This document shows, piece by piece, positions 55,850 through 64,000 of a DNA stretch of 64,000 nt. The stretch lies in NCBI GenBank assembly GCA_964577155.1, contig CAZNYB010000003.1, forward strand, positions 13,815 through 77,814, given 5' to 3'. The stretch's first letter is position 1. Each line of letters starts with the position of its first letter. Under the pieces are notes generated by a model, which was not told the origin of the DNA, did not search any database, and saw nothing but the letters and a program-made list of their open reading frames with translations. Both the position numbers and the translations under genes were made by a program. The stretch is from an uncultured Thermomicrobiales bacterium (lineage in GTDB: Bacteria; Chloroflexota; Chloroflexia; Thermomicrobiales; CFX8).

Positions 55850-56650
55850 ATGCCTGATTTGACCGGTAAGACGGTACTCATCACCGGAGCAGGGCGCGGC
55901 TGGGGTCACAGCATTGCCCGGACATTCGCCTCGTTCGGCGCGCAGGTGGTCGCGGCCAGTCGAACCGGGAGCGAGCTGGCCGACCTCGAACAGACCATTC
56001 AGTCTGAGGGTGGGCAGGTAGATGTCCACTCGGTGGACCTGACCGATCTGGACGCCAACGACCGGCTGGCAGCTGACGTGCTCGACCGGTATGGCACAGT
56101 TGATATCCTGGTCTGTGCGGCGGCGATTCTTCGGAATACGCCGTTCATGGAGTTGACCGATCAGGAGTGGGACCAAACACTTGCTGTTATGCTCTCTTCA
56201 CCAGCCCGGCTGGCCAGGGCGGTGCTGCCAGGCATGATCGAAGCTGGCCACGGCGCAATCATCAACATCTCGTCCCGGGCAGGCGTCCAACCCTTCGAGC
56301 TGGAAGTTGACTACTGCGCCGCAAAGTACGGTCTGGAAGGCTTCAGCCGCTCGCTGGCATTGGAAGTCAAACAGCACAATGTCAGCGTCTATACCGTGAC
56401 ACCGGGGCCGTCGGACCTGCCGATCAAACCGACCTCGGTCAACGCCAGCGACTTCGCAAACTGGCCGGAGGGACGACGGGCACAGTATCGCGACTCGATG
56501 GCGTTCAGTGATGGTATCGTCTACCTGGCGACACGGGAGGGTACTGAGTTGAGCGGACGCCGCTTCGCTGCCTTCAAGCTCTCGGAGCTGATTCGCCAGC
56601 ATGGCTACGATCTGTCGCAGACTCTCGCCGAGACAGCTCAGGAACCGTAG
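55850..56650 (+). CDS. short-chain dehydrogenase/reductase (classical SDR)
   Basis: GKTVLITGAGRGWG (TGxxxGxG), NISS and YCAAK (YxxxK). Start moved to the ATG at 55850. Confidence 0.8.
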   Translation: MPDLTGKTVLITGAGRGWGHSIARTFASFGAQVVAASRTGSELADLEQTIQSEGGQVDVHSVDLTDLDANDRLAADVLDRYGTVDILVCAAAILRNTPFMELTDQEWDQTLAVMLSSPARLARAVLPGMIEAGHGAIINISSRAGVQPFELEVDYCAAKYGLEGFSRSLALEVKQHNVSVYTVTPGPSDLPIKPTSVNASDFANWPEGRRAQYRDSMAFSDGIVYLATREGTELSGRRFAAFKLSELIRQHGYDLSQTLAETAQEP

Positions 56651-56660
56651 ACCAATCTTT

Positions 56661-56687
56661 CCCCTCCCCCTGGAAATGGGAGAGGGG
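56661..56687. terminator. G/C-rich hairpin CCCCTCCCCC-TGGAAAT-GGGAGAGGGG followed by TTTAGGGGTGAGGG (terminator or REP-like element)
   Basis: Read directly, 11 nt after the SDR stop. One mismatch in a 10-bp stem. Confidence 0.4.
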
Positions 56688-56742
56688 TTTAGGGGTGAGG
56701 GTCGATACCCTTTCCTCTGAATCGTAAGCAACAGGAGTTCAG

Positions 56743-57879
56743 ATGACGGCAACACAACGACCAGACACCGTGATGGGGCAGGCACTGGCCGACCGGGTGC
56801 TGGAGCATATTCAGCCAGACCTGGACCCCCCTTCCGGGGCTGGCATCATAGATCTGACAATCCCGGAAGTTGCGCCGACGCCGGAGCCGGTTCGGGAAGC
56901 GGCCAAGATCGCCCTGGATGAAGGCGAGACCCACTACACTTCCGGCGCTGGCATCCCCCGGCTTCGCAAGACGCTAACCAAACGGTTGAATGAAACCGGC
57001 ATCCCGATTGACCCGGAAGGTCTCGGCATCACCAACGGCGGCACCGAGGCGATCTACATCGTCCTGCAGTCATTGATGCAGCCGGGAGAGCAGGCGTTGA
57101 TCGTCGAACCGATGTCGCCGCATATCGTCGAGATGGTCAGCTTCGTCGGCGCTGTCCCGATCCGCCTGGAGACATCTGTCGCAACCGGCTTCGTGCCTGA
57201 CATCGCCGGGATCGAAGCTAGCGATGCGAAGGTGCTGCTGCTCACGTCACCGTCGCCGGTGACCGGCAAGCTGATCCCGCCGGACGAACTGGACCGCATC
57301 ATCACTGCCGCTCGGGACCGTGAGATGACCGTCATTCTCGATCTCTCCTACCTCGCCGGGCTGTACATCGCCGATACGCCGCCACTGGCCAACCCGGAAC
57401 TGGCCAGCGAAATCATCCTGATCGGCTCGTTTTCGACGACCTATGGCCTATCAGGATGGCGGATCGGCTTTTTCAGCGCTCCAACGGCGGATGCCCGCAC
57501 CTTCAACAACCTCAAAGGCGCGATGTCGATCTGCACGACCGCCGTCAGCCAGTTCGCCGCCGTTGCCGCGCTCGAAACGTCGTCCGAGTGGTTGACCGGG
57601 AGGATGCAGAGTTACGCCGGCCACCTCGACGCAGCTATTCACGCACTGAGCGAAGCCGGGCTTGCCTTCGTCATGCCAGACGCCTTCCCGCCGCTCCTGA
57701 TCGATGTCAGTCACCTGGGAGCCGACGATGTTGAAGTGGCCCGGCGGCTGGCATCCGACGCTGGCGTCATCGTAACCTCCGGCTCAAGGTTTGGACGGTC
57801 TACCACGGGCTACGTCCGGGTGAACCTTGGAGTTAGCGAAGAAGTGCTTGTCGAGGGGATACGACGGTTCAGCACGTAG
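56743..57879 (+). CDS. class I/II aminotransferase-fold protein lacking the Schiff-base lysine
   Basis: The fold motifs are present (ITNGGTEAIY, ILDLSY, GWRIGF, YVRVNL). The SxSK position reads SFSTTYGLSGWRIG, with codon ACG at 57436-57438. Confidence 0.75.
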   Translation: MTATQRPDTVMGQALADRVLEHIQPDLDPPSGAGIIDLTIPEVAPTPEPVREAAKIALDEGETHYTSGAGIPRLRKTLTKRLNETGIPIDPEGLGITNGGTEAIYIVLQSLMQPGEQALIVEPMSPHIVEMVSFVGAVPIRLETSVATGFVPDIAGIEASDAKVLLLTSPSPVTGKLIPPDELDRIITAARDREMTVILDLSYLAGLYIADTPPLANPELASEIILIGSFSTTYGLSGWRIGFFSAPTADARTFNNLKGAMSICTTAVSQFAAVAALETSSEWLTGRMQSYAGHLDAAIHALSEAGLAFVMPDAFPPLLIDVSHLGADDVEVARRLASDAGVIVTSGSRFGRSTTGYVRVNLGVSEEVLVEGIRRFST

Positions 57880-57947
57880 GGACGAACTTTGTGTTCGCCC
57901 TCCAATAGCCTTTGCAAAATAAGAGGGGCGAACACAAGGTTCGCCCC
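57879..57947. repeat. pair of inverted REP-like hairpin elements (GGGACGAACTTTGTGTTCGCCC and GGGGCGAACACAAGGTTCGCCCC)
   Basis: Read directly. Each element is itself a hairpin (GGGGCGAAC-ACAAG-GTTCGCCCC), and the two are near reverse complements of each other, separated by 24 nt. The related GTTCGCCCCTCC recurs at 59759-59770. Confidence 0.6.
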
Positions 57948-58005
57948 TACCAGATCGTAGATTACAACGAGAGACGACGGCAGGATCAAGAGGAGAATCT
58001 ATTCG

Positions 58006-59172
58006 ATGACTGACACAGCAACCACAACTACCAACGAAGCCATCGATGAGAACATCAGCATCTTCCAGCTACAGGAACTGGCGGAACGATCCTCGGACTT
58101 CATCAGCCTGGGACTCGGCGACCCGGACTTCGCAACCCCGGAACACATCACCAGGGCTGCTAAGCTGGCGATCGACGAAGGACGCACCGGACCTGCCCCG
58201 ACCAACGGGCTGCCGGAACTACGGCAGGCTATCGCCAGCAAGCTCCAACGGATCAACGATATCGACGTTGATCCGGCTACCGAGGTGCTGGTGACGACCG
58301 GCAGTCAGGAAGCGCTCTTCCTATTAATACAGTCGCTGATCAACCCCGGCGACGAGGTGCTGGTTCCCGACCCGCGCTACCCGGCCTACGACGCCGCGAT
58401 CAACCTGGCTGGCGGCAAGATGGTGCTGGTGCCGACCGACGAGGAGTACGATTTCGTCCTCCAGCCGGAGGAGATCGAAGCCCGGATCACACCCCGCTCG
58501 AAGACGCTGCTGATGATCACCCCGAGCAATCCGACTGCTGCCGTCATCCCACCGGAGAATATCCGCGCCATCGCAGACCTGGCCCGCGAGCACAATCTGA
58601 TCATCATCGCCGACGAGATCTACGAGTACTTCCTCTACGATGGAGCAGAGCACCTGAGCATCGGATCGCTGCCGGGCATGAAAGAACGCACCATTACCCT
58701 GAACGGTCTCTCCAAAGCCTATGCGATGACCGGTTGGCGGGTGGGCTACATCGCCGCCCCGGCTGAGTTCATCGCCGCTGTCTCGTCACTGAAAGCAATG
58801 ATCAACGTCCACGCGCCAACCGTCTCCCAGTGGGCGGCTGTCGCGGCGCTGACCGGACCGCAGGAGTGCATCATCGAAATGCGCGATGCCTACGCCCGTC
58901 GCCGCCGGATGATGATGGACGCCTTGAGAGAGATGGGGTTCACTTTCGGCCGCTCCGACGGCGCATTCTACATCTGGGCCAATGTCTCCTCGCTGAACCG
59001 GGGTTCCTCTATCCAGCTAGCCTACGAATTGTTGCGAGATGCCGGGGTGCTCATCTTCCCCGGGTCCGGTTTCGGCGCTGGCTGGGATGACTACATGCGC
59101 TTCACCCTGCTCCAGCCGGAACCGGTCATCATGGAGGCGATTGATCGGATGGATCGGGTGTTGGGAGTTTGA
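58006..59172 (+). CDS. class I/II pyridoxal-phosphate-dependent aminotransferase (aspartate/aromatic aminotransferase-like)
   Basis: NGLSKAYAMTGWRVGY (Lys present), IADEIYEYF and YMRFTL motifs. Confidence 0.8.
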   Translation: MTDTATTTTNEAIDENISIFQLQELAERSSDFISLGLGDPDFATPEHITRAAKLAIDEGRTGPAPTNGLPELRQAIASKLQRINDIDVDPATEVLVTTGSQEALFLLIQSLINPGDEVLVPDPRYPAYDAAINLAGGKMVLVPTDEEYDFVLQPEEIEARITPRSKTLLMITPSNPTAAVIPPENIRAIADLAREHNLIIIADEIYEYFLYDGAEHLSIGSLPGMKERTITLNGLSKAYAMTGWRVGYIAAPAEFIAAVSSLKAMINVHAPTVSQWAAVAALTGPQECIIEMRDAYARRRRMMMDALREMGFTFGRSDGAFYIWANVSSLNRGSSIQLAYELLRDAGVLIFPGSGFGAGWDDYMRFTLLQPEPVIMEAIDRMDRVLGV

Positions 59173-59211
59173 TGGAGAGAGTGTTGATGACTTATCCAGG
59201 GAGTTGATTCG

Positions 59212-59673
59212 CTAATTCTCACCTGAGGATGCGCTGATCAGAAGCGCGGCAAGCAAGCACTCCTGGTCTCCGCGGTTTTCCCAGGCATGATTTGTTCCTC
59301 GCTGAACGACGGTGTCTCCTGGCTTCAGGAGCACTTCACCTTCCTCCATGATGAGATAGACATCCCCTGAGAGAACCACAATCAAGTCGATGGTCTCTGT
59401 GATGTGCATCGGTCCAGTTCCTTGACCGAAGGTGACTAGCCTGAAGATTGCACCTCCACGAGGCGGCTCGAGCGCATAATCCTGGATATCTGCCGTGTTC
59501 GTATCTTCATCCATCACTGGCGGCAGTGCCTCGATGATCCACTGCTCTTCCGATTTCCACCCATCGAAGTCGACGGTATTCGGAACCGGCTCTGCCGATA
59601 CGATGATGGACCGTCCTTGATCATCCAGACCGGTAACGACGCGCTTGCGGGTATCGCGCAAGTATTCCCCCAT
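59212..59673 (-). CDS. cupin domain protein
   Basis: GDVYLIMEEGEVLLKPGDTVVQRGTNHAWEN, a typical cupin_2 two-motif barrel. Confidence 0.65.
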   Translation of the reverse strand: MGEYLRDTRKRVVTGLDDQGRSIIVSAEPVPNTVDFDGWKSEEQWIIEALPPVMDEDTNTADIQDYALEPPRGGAIFRLVTFGQGTGPMHITETIDLIVVLSGDVYLIMEEGEVLLKPGDTVVQRGTNHAWENRGDQECLLAALLISASSGEN

Positions 59674-59777
59674 TCATTAAAAATAAAAGAGTCGCCAACT
59701 GCATAGGCTAACAATCCGAAACACGACTGGTCTAAAATTAAAAATAGTTGGGTTCTGCGTTCGCCCCTCCCAGGTGG

Positions 59778-59936
59778 TTACGATCCAGCTGGGATTTCTG
59801 GCGCTCCATCTAAGTAGGGCTTAAGTGCCCTATAGATCACCTCATTGCTTGGCGTCGGAATTCCAAGCTCCCGGCCCATGTGTGAGGCCGTTCCATTCAA
59901 GGCCTCAAGCTCCAGGCGTCGTCCGTGCGTCAAGTC
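59778..59936 (-). pseudogene. C-terminal remnant of a 2-dehydropantoate 2-reductase (PanE/ApbA) gene
   Basis: My reverse-strand translation gives DLTHGRRLELEALNGTASHMGRELGIPTPSNEVIYRALKPYLDGAPEIPAGS followed by a stop. This resembles the ApbA_C signature (GRxTExDxLNGxxxxxGxxxGxxTPxN). Upstream sequence to about 60250 shows only frame-broken similarity, and no intact N-terminal half is present. Confidence 0.45.
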
Positions 59937-60251
59937 TTAGCTATCGCTCCACCCCTAAGGCCACTTGTTTGCCAGGTTGGTCACATCATGGGGCTGAGAT
60001 CAGGGAATGTCAATTGCTGCCTGACCAGTGGTTCAGAATTACCGGCCGGATATGGTTGCAATTCCCTTCTTCCTCTCTCTCGACTTTCTCGCCACACTCT
60101 TCCTGCTATCCACACGACTCCAGCACCGTGGCTATGAGACCGCTTCTCGTCAACAGTTGTGAGAATCGCTTTAGGTACTGGGGTTGACACCGATGGTGCC
60201 GTAGCCGCATGCTGACAGCAGCAACGCCAATCTGCAGTAAGGACCAGCGCT

Positions 60252-62573
60252 ATGGGCACAACCCCGCTCTCTGATCACCGGCCTGCCGGGTCGGACCTGT
60301 CCATCCCGCGCACTCCACTGTTCGGCAGGGAAGCGGAAGTTATTGCCGTCCAAGCGCTATTGGCACGCGACGACGCTCCGCTCGTTACATTGACCGGTCC
60401 CAGTGGGGTTGGCAAGACGCGGCTGGCACTGCAGGTCGCGGCAGGGTTGGCGGGTCACTTCGCCGACGGCGCGGCCTTTGTCTCGCTGGCCCCGGTCACC
60501 GACGCTGGCTTGGTCGCGTCCACGATTGCCCAGGCACTCGGCATTCGCGATCCCGGAGATCGGCAGGTCGTTGATAGCCTCAAGCTCTGGCTCGGTCAAC
60601 GCCAGCTCTTGCTGGTGTTGGACAACTTCGAGCAGATCCTGCCAGCCGCCCCGTTGGTGGGCGAACTGCTCGGCGCCTTCCCCGGGCTGACGGTGCTCGT
60701 CACCAGCCGGGCGGCGTTGCACATCAGCGGTGAGCAGGAGTTCCTGGTTCCGCCGCTCGCGCTGCCCGAACCGGCGCAGACCCTGACGGTCGAGATGTTG
60801 GACGCCTACGCTGCGACGGCACTCTTCGTCGAGCGGGCACGCGCCGTCCGGCGAAACGTGCGTTTCACCGACATGAGCGCCCAGGCTGTGGCGGCAATCT
60901 GCCGGCAGCTTGATGGATTGCCGCTGGCGATCGAGCTGGCGGCGGCGCGGATCAACGTCCTCTCGCCGGAAGCGATCCTGGTGCGGCTGGATCATCGGCT
61001 CGCTCTGCTCACCGACGGACCTCGCGACCAGCCGCCGCGACTGCAGACACTGCGCAACGCAATCGCCTGGAGCTATGATCTACTGGCTCCGGCCGAACAG
61101 CAGATTTTCTGGGAGCTGGCTGTCTTCAGCGGCGGCTGGACGTTGGAGGCGGCCGAGGCCGTCGCTGCCTCACCCGCGACCGTCCTGGATCGGCTGAGCA
61201 CTCTCATCACTCACAGCCTGATCAGCCGGGTGGAACAGCCAGATGGCACACTCCGCTACAGCATGCTGGAGACGATTCGCGAGTACGCCGCCGAGCGCTT
61301 GGTGGAGAGTGACGAAGAGGACCAACTGCGGTGGCGGCACGTCCAGTACTTTCTGAAGTTGGCCCGCTCGATGTCAATATGGGCCGGGGACGACCTGCGC
61401 TGGCCGCTAGCGCCCGGCGAGCTGGAAGCATGGTTGCGCCGGCTGGCAGACGACCATGACAACCTTCGGTCAGCGCTAGCCTGGGCACTCGACCACGAGC
61501 CGGAGACCGCGTTACGGATGACCGAAGCCCTCGGCTGGTTCTGGTATCTCAACGACCGCTCGAGGGAAGGCCGCCGCTGGTTGGAGCTAGCCCTTGCCGC
61601 GGCCGAAGGACCGCCGATGGCTCGCATGAGCACCCTGTCCCATCTTTCGGCGATCGCGGCGTACCAGGGAGCTGGCGAGGAGGCGGTGCGGTGGGCGGAA
61701 GCATCGCTGGCGATCGCTCGGGACCTGGATCTTCCGTTTGCGATATTCTGGGCACTGCACGCGCTGGGACGGGCCACCGAGAGTACCGGCGACCTGGAGC
61801 GCGCGATTGAGCTCTACGAGGAAAACATCGTCTTCGGCCGCCAGCACGGTATGTCGGAGGCTGTCGGCACACCGCTCGGGAATCTCGGCAATCTCCTGCT
61901 CAAGCGCGGCGATATCGAGCGTGGCGAGCAGCTGTATCGCGAGATGCTGGCTCTTGCACGCGCGACCCAGGACGATGCCCTCGTCGTAAACGCACTGATC
62001 TTCCTTGCCGACGTTTTGATTGAACGGAAGCAGGCAGTCGAAGCTCGCGCCGTGCTGGCCGAGGCGCTGCAGATCAACCGCCGCTTTGGCGCACGGATAG
62101 CGGTTGCCTATTGCCTGGAACACCTGGCCGCCGTGGCGCTGTTGGAGAGACAGCCTGAGCGCGCTGCGCGGCTGCTCGGGTTCTGCGGCACAGAGTACCA
62201 GCACCTTGAGCTGCAGCTACTACCAACCGATCAGCAGCGCTTCGAGCGCGTTACCGAGGACGCCCGCCAGTGGTTCGGGAAGGAGGCGTTCACGACCGCC
62301 TTCGCCGCCGGCCGCGAGCTAGAAGTCGAGGAAGCCATCGCACTGGCGCTGGCAGTCGAACCGCGGCTGCTGGAATCGCAAGATGGCCTGACAGCGCGCG
62401 AGCTGGAGGTGCTGCGACTGATCGCGGCCGGCAAGAGCAACCGCGAGATAGGGGAACTGCTGTTCATCAGCCCGCGTACCGTCGAACGGCACATCGCCAA
62501 TATTTATCTGAAGATCGATGTGAACAACAGGGCTGAAGCGACCGCCTACGCATTGAGCCGCCGGATCGACTGA
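60252..62573 (+). CDS. LuxR-family transcriptional regulator with N-terminal STAND/AAA ATPase and TPR-like middle region
   Basis: P-loop LTGPSGVGKTRLAL, Walker B-like LLLVLDNFEQ, and C-terminal HTH LTARELEVLRLIAAGKSNREIGELLFISPRTVERHIANIYLKI. Confidence 0.85.
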   Translation: MGTTPLSDHRPAGSDLSIPRTPLFGREAEVIAVQALLARDDAPLVTLTGPSGVGKTRLALQVAAGLAGHFADGAAFVSLAPVTDAGLVASTIAQALGIRDPGDRQVVDSLKLWLGQRQLLLVLDNFEQILPAAPLVGELLGAFPGLTVLVTSRAALHISGEQEFLVPPLALPEPAQTLTVEMLDAYAATALFVERARAVRRNVRFTDMSAQAVAAICRQLDGLPLAIELAAARINVLSPEAILVRLDHRLALLTDGPRDQPPRLQTLRNAIAWSYDLLAPAEQQIFWELAVFSGGWTLEAAEAVAASPATVLDRLSTLITHSLISRVEQPDGTLRYSMLETIREYAAERLVESDEEDQLRWRHVQYFLKLARSMSIWAGDDLRWPLAPGELEAWLRRLADDHDNLRSALAWALDHEPETALRMTEALGWFWYLNDRSREGRRWLELALAAAEGPPMARMSTLSHLSAIAAYQGAGEEAVRWAEASLAIARDLDLPFAIFWALHALGRATESTGDLERAIELYEENIVFGRQHGMSEAVGTPLGNLGNLLLKRGDIERGEQLYREMLALARATQDDALVVNALIFLADVLIERKQAVEARAVLAEALQINRRFGARIAVAYCLEHLAAVALLERQPERAARLLGFCGTEYQHLELQLLPTDQQRFERVTEDARQWFGKEAFTTAFAAGRELEVEEAIALALAVEPRLLESQDGLTARELEVLRLIAAGKSNREIGELLFISPRTVERHIANIYLKIDVNNRAEATAYALSRRID

Positions 62574-62865
62574 GCCGGGACCCGCATACCACGCAGCCCA
62601 ATCTGCATACCCCGAATACATAGTTCAACGGATGCTGGCCGGCCAGGTTCGTCTCAGAATAGCGCCAGCTGAGGGATTCGCAGGACGTCGGTCAAGGAAT
62701 TGCTGACACCCGGCGACCCCTCGGCGCCTCACCCCGCTGCGACGTAGAACAGGAGGCACACGAACCGAACAACGCGACGACTGGCCCGCCAGGTCGCCAA
62801 TCCGACACGGCACTATCGTTTGCTGATTACGGCACTTTCGGTCACCGAATAAGGAGGTGGATACC

Positions 62866-63438
62866 ATGTTTCGCACACGCTGGCTCCTGCTCGCGCTGGT
62901 CTTTTTTGCAGGGCTGACTCCGCTGATAGCCGCTCCTGGCTCGGTCGGAGCCGCTCCAGGACCGAACCCAAACAAACCGACCGTGATTGACATCGATAGC
63001 ACCTTCCTGGCGCCAAACCTCACATTTCAATGCGGTTTCGACGTCTGGGCTCATTTTGTCGGTACGATCAAGACAAAGGTGCATCGTAACGGCGTTCTGA
63101 TTGAACGAGTAAACCTCCGGCGCATCTTCACTGGTCCCGGTGACAGTCTAACGGCAGTTGACGCTGGCGTTAACAAGGTCACTGAGACGATCTCGCCGGA
63201 CGGAACAACGGTCGTCTTAACTATCACGTCCAACGGCTCGTTGCCCTACCATTTTGTCGTGCCTGGCCACGGCTCGGTCGGCAATAACTCCGGCCACGAA
63301 ATCATTCAGATCACCTTAGAGTGGGATGAGGCATCGGGTGAGTACGTGGAGGTTGATTTTCAGGTCCTGTTCGATGCGGGACCGAACGATGAACTCAGCC
63401 AAGCTGATTACGCGGTGATCTGCGACTACCTTGCCTGA
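62866..63438 (+). CDS. small secreted protein of unknown function
   Basis: Strong AAGGAGGTG Shine-Dalgarno 6 nt upstream of the ATG at 62866. Signal peptide MFRTRWLLLALVFFAGLTPLIAAPGSVGA. Confidence 0.65.
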   Translation: MFRTRWLLLALVFFAGLTPLIAAPGSVGAAPGPNPNKPTVIDIDSTFLAPNLTFQCGFDVWAHFVGTIKTKVHRNGVLIERVNLRRIFTGPGDSLTAVDAGVNKVTETISPDGTTVVLTITSNGSLPYHFVVPGHGSVGNNSGHEIIQITLEWDEASGEYVEVDFQVLFDAGPNDELSQADYAVICDYLA

Positions 63439-63459
63439 CACCGACGAACGGAACGAGCG

Positions 63460-63493
63460 AGATCGTGGACGGTCCTTCGACCGCCCACGATCT
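63460..63493 (+). terminator. hairpin AGATCGTGG ... CCACGATCT after the secreted protein gene
   Basis: 9-bp perfect inverted repeat with a 16-nt loop, followed by GCTTTCG. The U-tract is weak. Confidence 0.4.
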
Positions 63494-63673
63494 GCTTTCG
63501 AGGATTGAGATCTTGAATAGTGAGATTGCTGCCGGGCAATCCCTCTCCCTGCCATGGAATCTCAAGAACTGGCATCATAACCAGCCTGCCTGGCCACTCC
63601 TGGGCGACCTGGTGGCTCCCTCTATCTCACAAATATTCATTACTGGATGAACATCACCTAACCCTCTCACTAC

Positions 63674-64000
63674 CTACCATCCCCACGACTTCAGCACCTC
63701 CGCACCGTGGCAGCGAAGGAATACCTGGAATGGGGCTGCAATGTCCAGGTGGTACTCGAACACCGCCCGTTCGAAATACTGGGTCAGGACGGTGTCGCTG
63801 TCACCGTTGGTCTCGATCATCGGCTCGGAGAGCGGGTAACCGAACAGCCCAAGCCACTCGCAGTAGCTGACTCCTTCGCCGCTGAACGAGTGGCCGGATT
63901 CAGGGTAGTAGTTCTGCTCAAGGTCCGTCTGATCAGACGGCAGTACGCAAGCCAAAGGCAGACGAGCGGAATCGATCTGGCGTCTCGCCGGTATACTCCG
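63674..64000 (-). CDS. hypothetical protein, C-terminal part (5' end outside the window)
   Basis: ORF 63674..63955 stays open in frame to position 64000 in my reading (RSIPARRQIDSARLPLACV...). Contains YYPESGHSFSGE and TQYFERAVFEYH, motifs I associate only loosely with repeat domains of secreted proteins. Confidence 0.5.
   Translation of the reverse strand, partial: RSIPARRQIDSARLPLACVLPSDQTDLEQNYYPESGHSFSGEGVSYCEWLGLFGYPLSEPMIETNGDSDTVLTQYFERAVFEYHLDIAAPFQVFLRCHGAEVLKSWGW

Noticed and set aside
59825-60187. 120-aa plus-strand ORF, and the 92-aa minus-strand ORF 59981..60259, in the gap upstream of the LuxR-type gene.
   Set aside because: The plus-strand product is Pro/Ser/Cys-rich with no motif. 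The region is better explained by the frame-broken PanE-like remnant on the minus strand.
1-64000. Search for rRNA, tRNA, CRISPR arrays, transposases, integrases, and phage or defence gene signatures.
   Set aside because: I saw no regularly spaced short direct repeats and no tRNA-like T-arm or acceptor pattern. I saw no DDE, tyrosine or serine recombinase motifs and no recognisable nuclease or helicase defence modules in any ORF. The window reads as chromosomal envelope-biosynthesis plus housekeeping DNA.

Overview
This 64-kb window is moderately GC-rich by eye. About 54 kb of it is one large cell-envelope glycan or glycoprotein biosynthesis locus, followed by roughly 10 kb of ordinary metabolism and regulation. 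The taxon cannot be determined from the sequence. Tat signals, many GT-C membrane glycosyltransferases, a LuxR-STAND regulator and G-rich intergenic hairpins would fit a Chloroflexota- or Actinomycetota-like organism.

Gene content:
- **Leftward block (1-14385, minus strand):** partial rmlA, an SDR epimerase, the initiating polyprenyl-phosphate glycosyl-1-phosphate transferase, two GT4 enzymes and a Wzx flippase. It also holds a translationally coupled module of GT-C transferase, Gfo/Idh/MocA dehydrogenase, GT2, WecB, a small EamA-type membrane protein and an FAD oxidoreductase.
- **Rightward block (14626-37671, plus strand):** gmhB overlapping a 2160-aa Tat-signal surface protein, then a hexapeptide acyltransferase, an FAD oxidoreductase and a B12-binding radical SAM enzyme. 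These are followed by GT4, a Wzy-like protein, GT2, two GT-C-like membrane proteins, a membrane-anchored BNR propeller, a Wzz/BY-kinase-like protein and another GT4.
- **Regulatory cassette (38.1-44.3 kb):** two OmpR-type response regulator genes whose internal 683 bp are identical bracket gmhA and a pseudo-receiver OmpR-family regulator. A sensor-less histidine kinase and hddA follow.
- **Further glycan genes (45-54 kb):** two secreted proteins of unknown function, GT2, GT4, and a WbpD-like acetyltransferase with a DegT-type aminotransferase.
- **Housekeeping-like genes (54-64 kb):** metallophosphoesterase, MOSC protein, SDR, two class I aminotransferase paralogs, a cupin, a LuxR-STAND regulator and small secreted proteins.

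I saw no rRNA, tRNA, CRISPR array, transposase or integrase.

Most notable observations:
1. A 14-bp palindrome, TGAC-N6-GTCA, recurs in promoter-type gaps of the locus, including upstream of gmhB, hddA and the chain-length regulator gene.
2. The 683-bp perfect direct repeat lies strictly inside the two response regulator genes and brackets gmhA.
3. GDP-heptose-type pathway genes are scattered and interleaved with two-component genes.
4. Two C-ending codon-usage islands are present, one of which makes a secreted protein gene compositionally chimeric.
5. Several enzyme combinations in the locus have no obvious described function.

All family calls come from motif recognition by eye. No database search was run.
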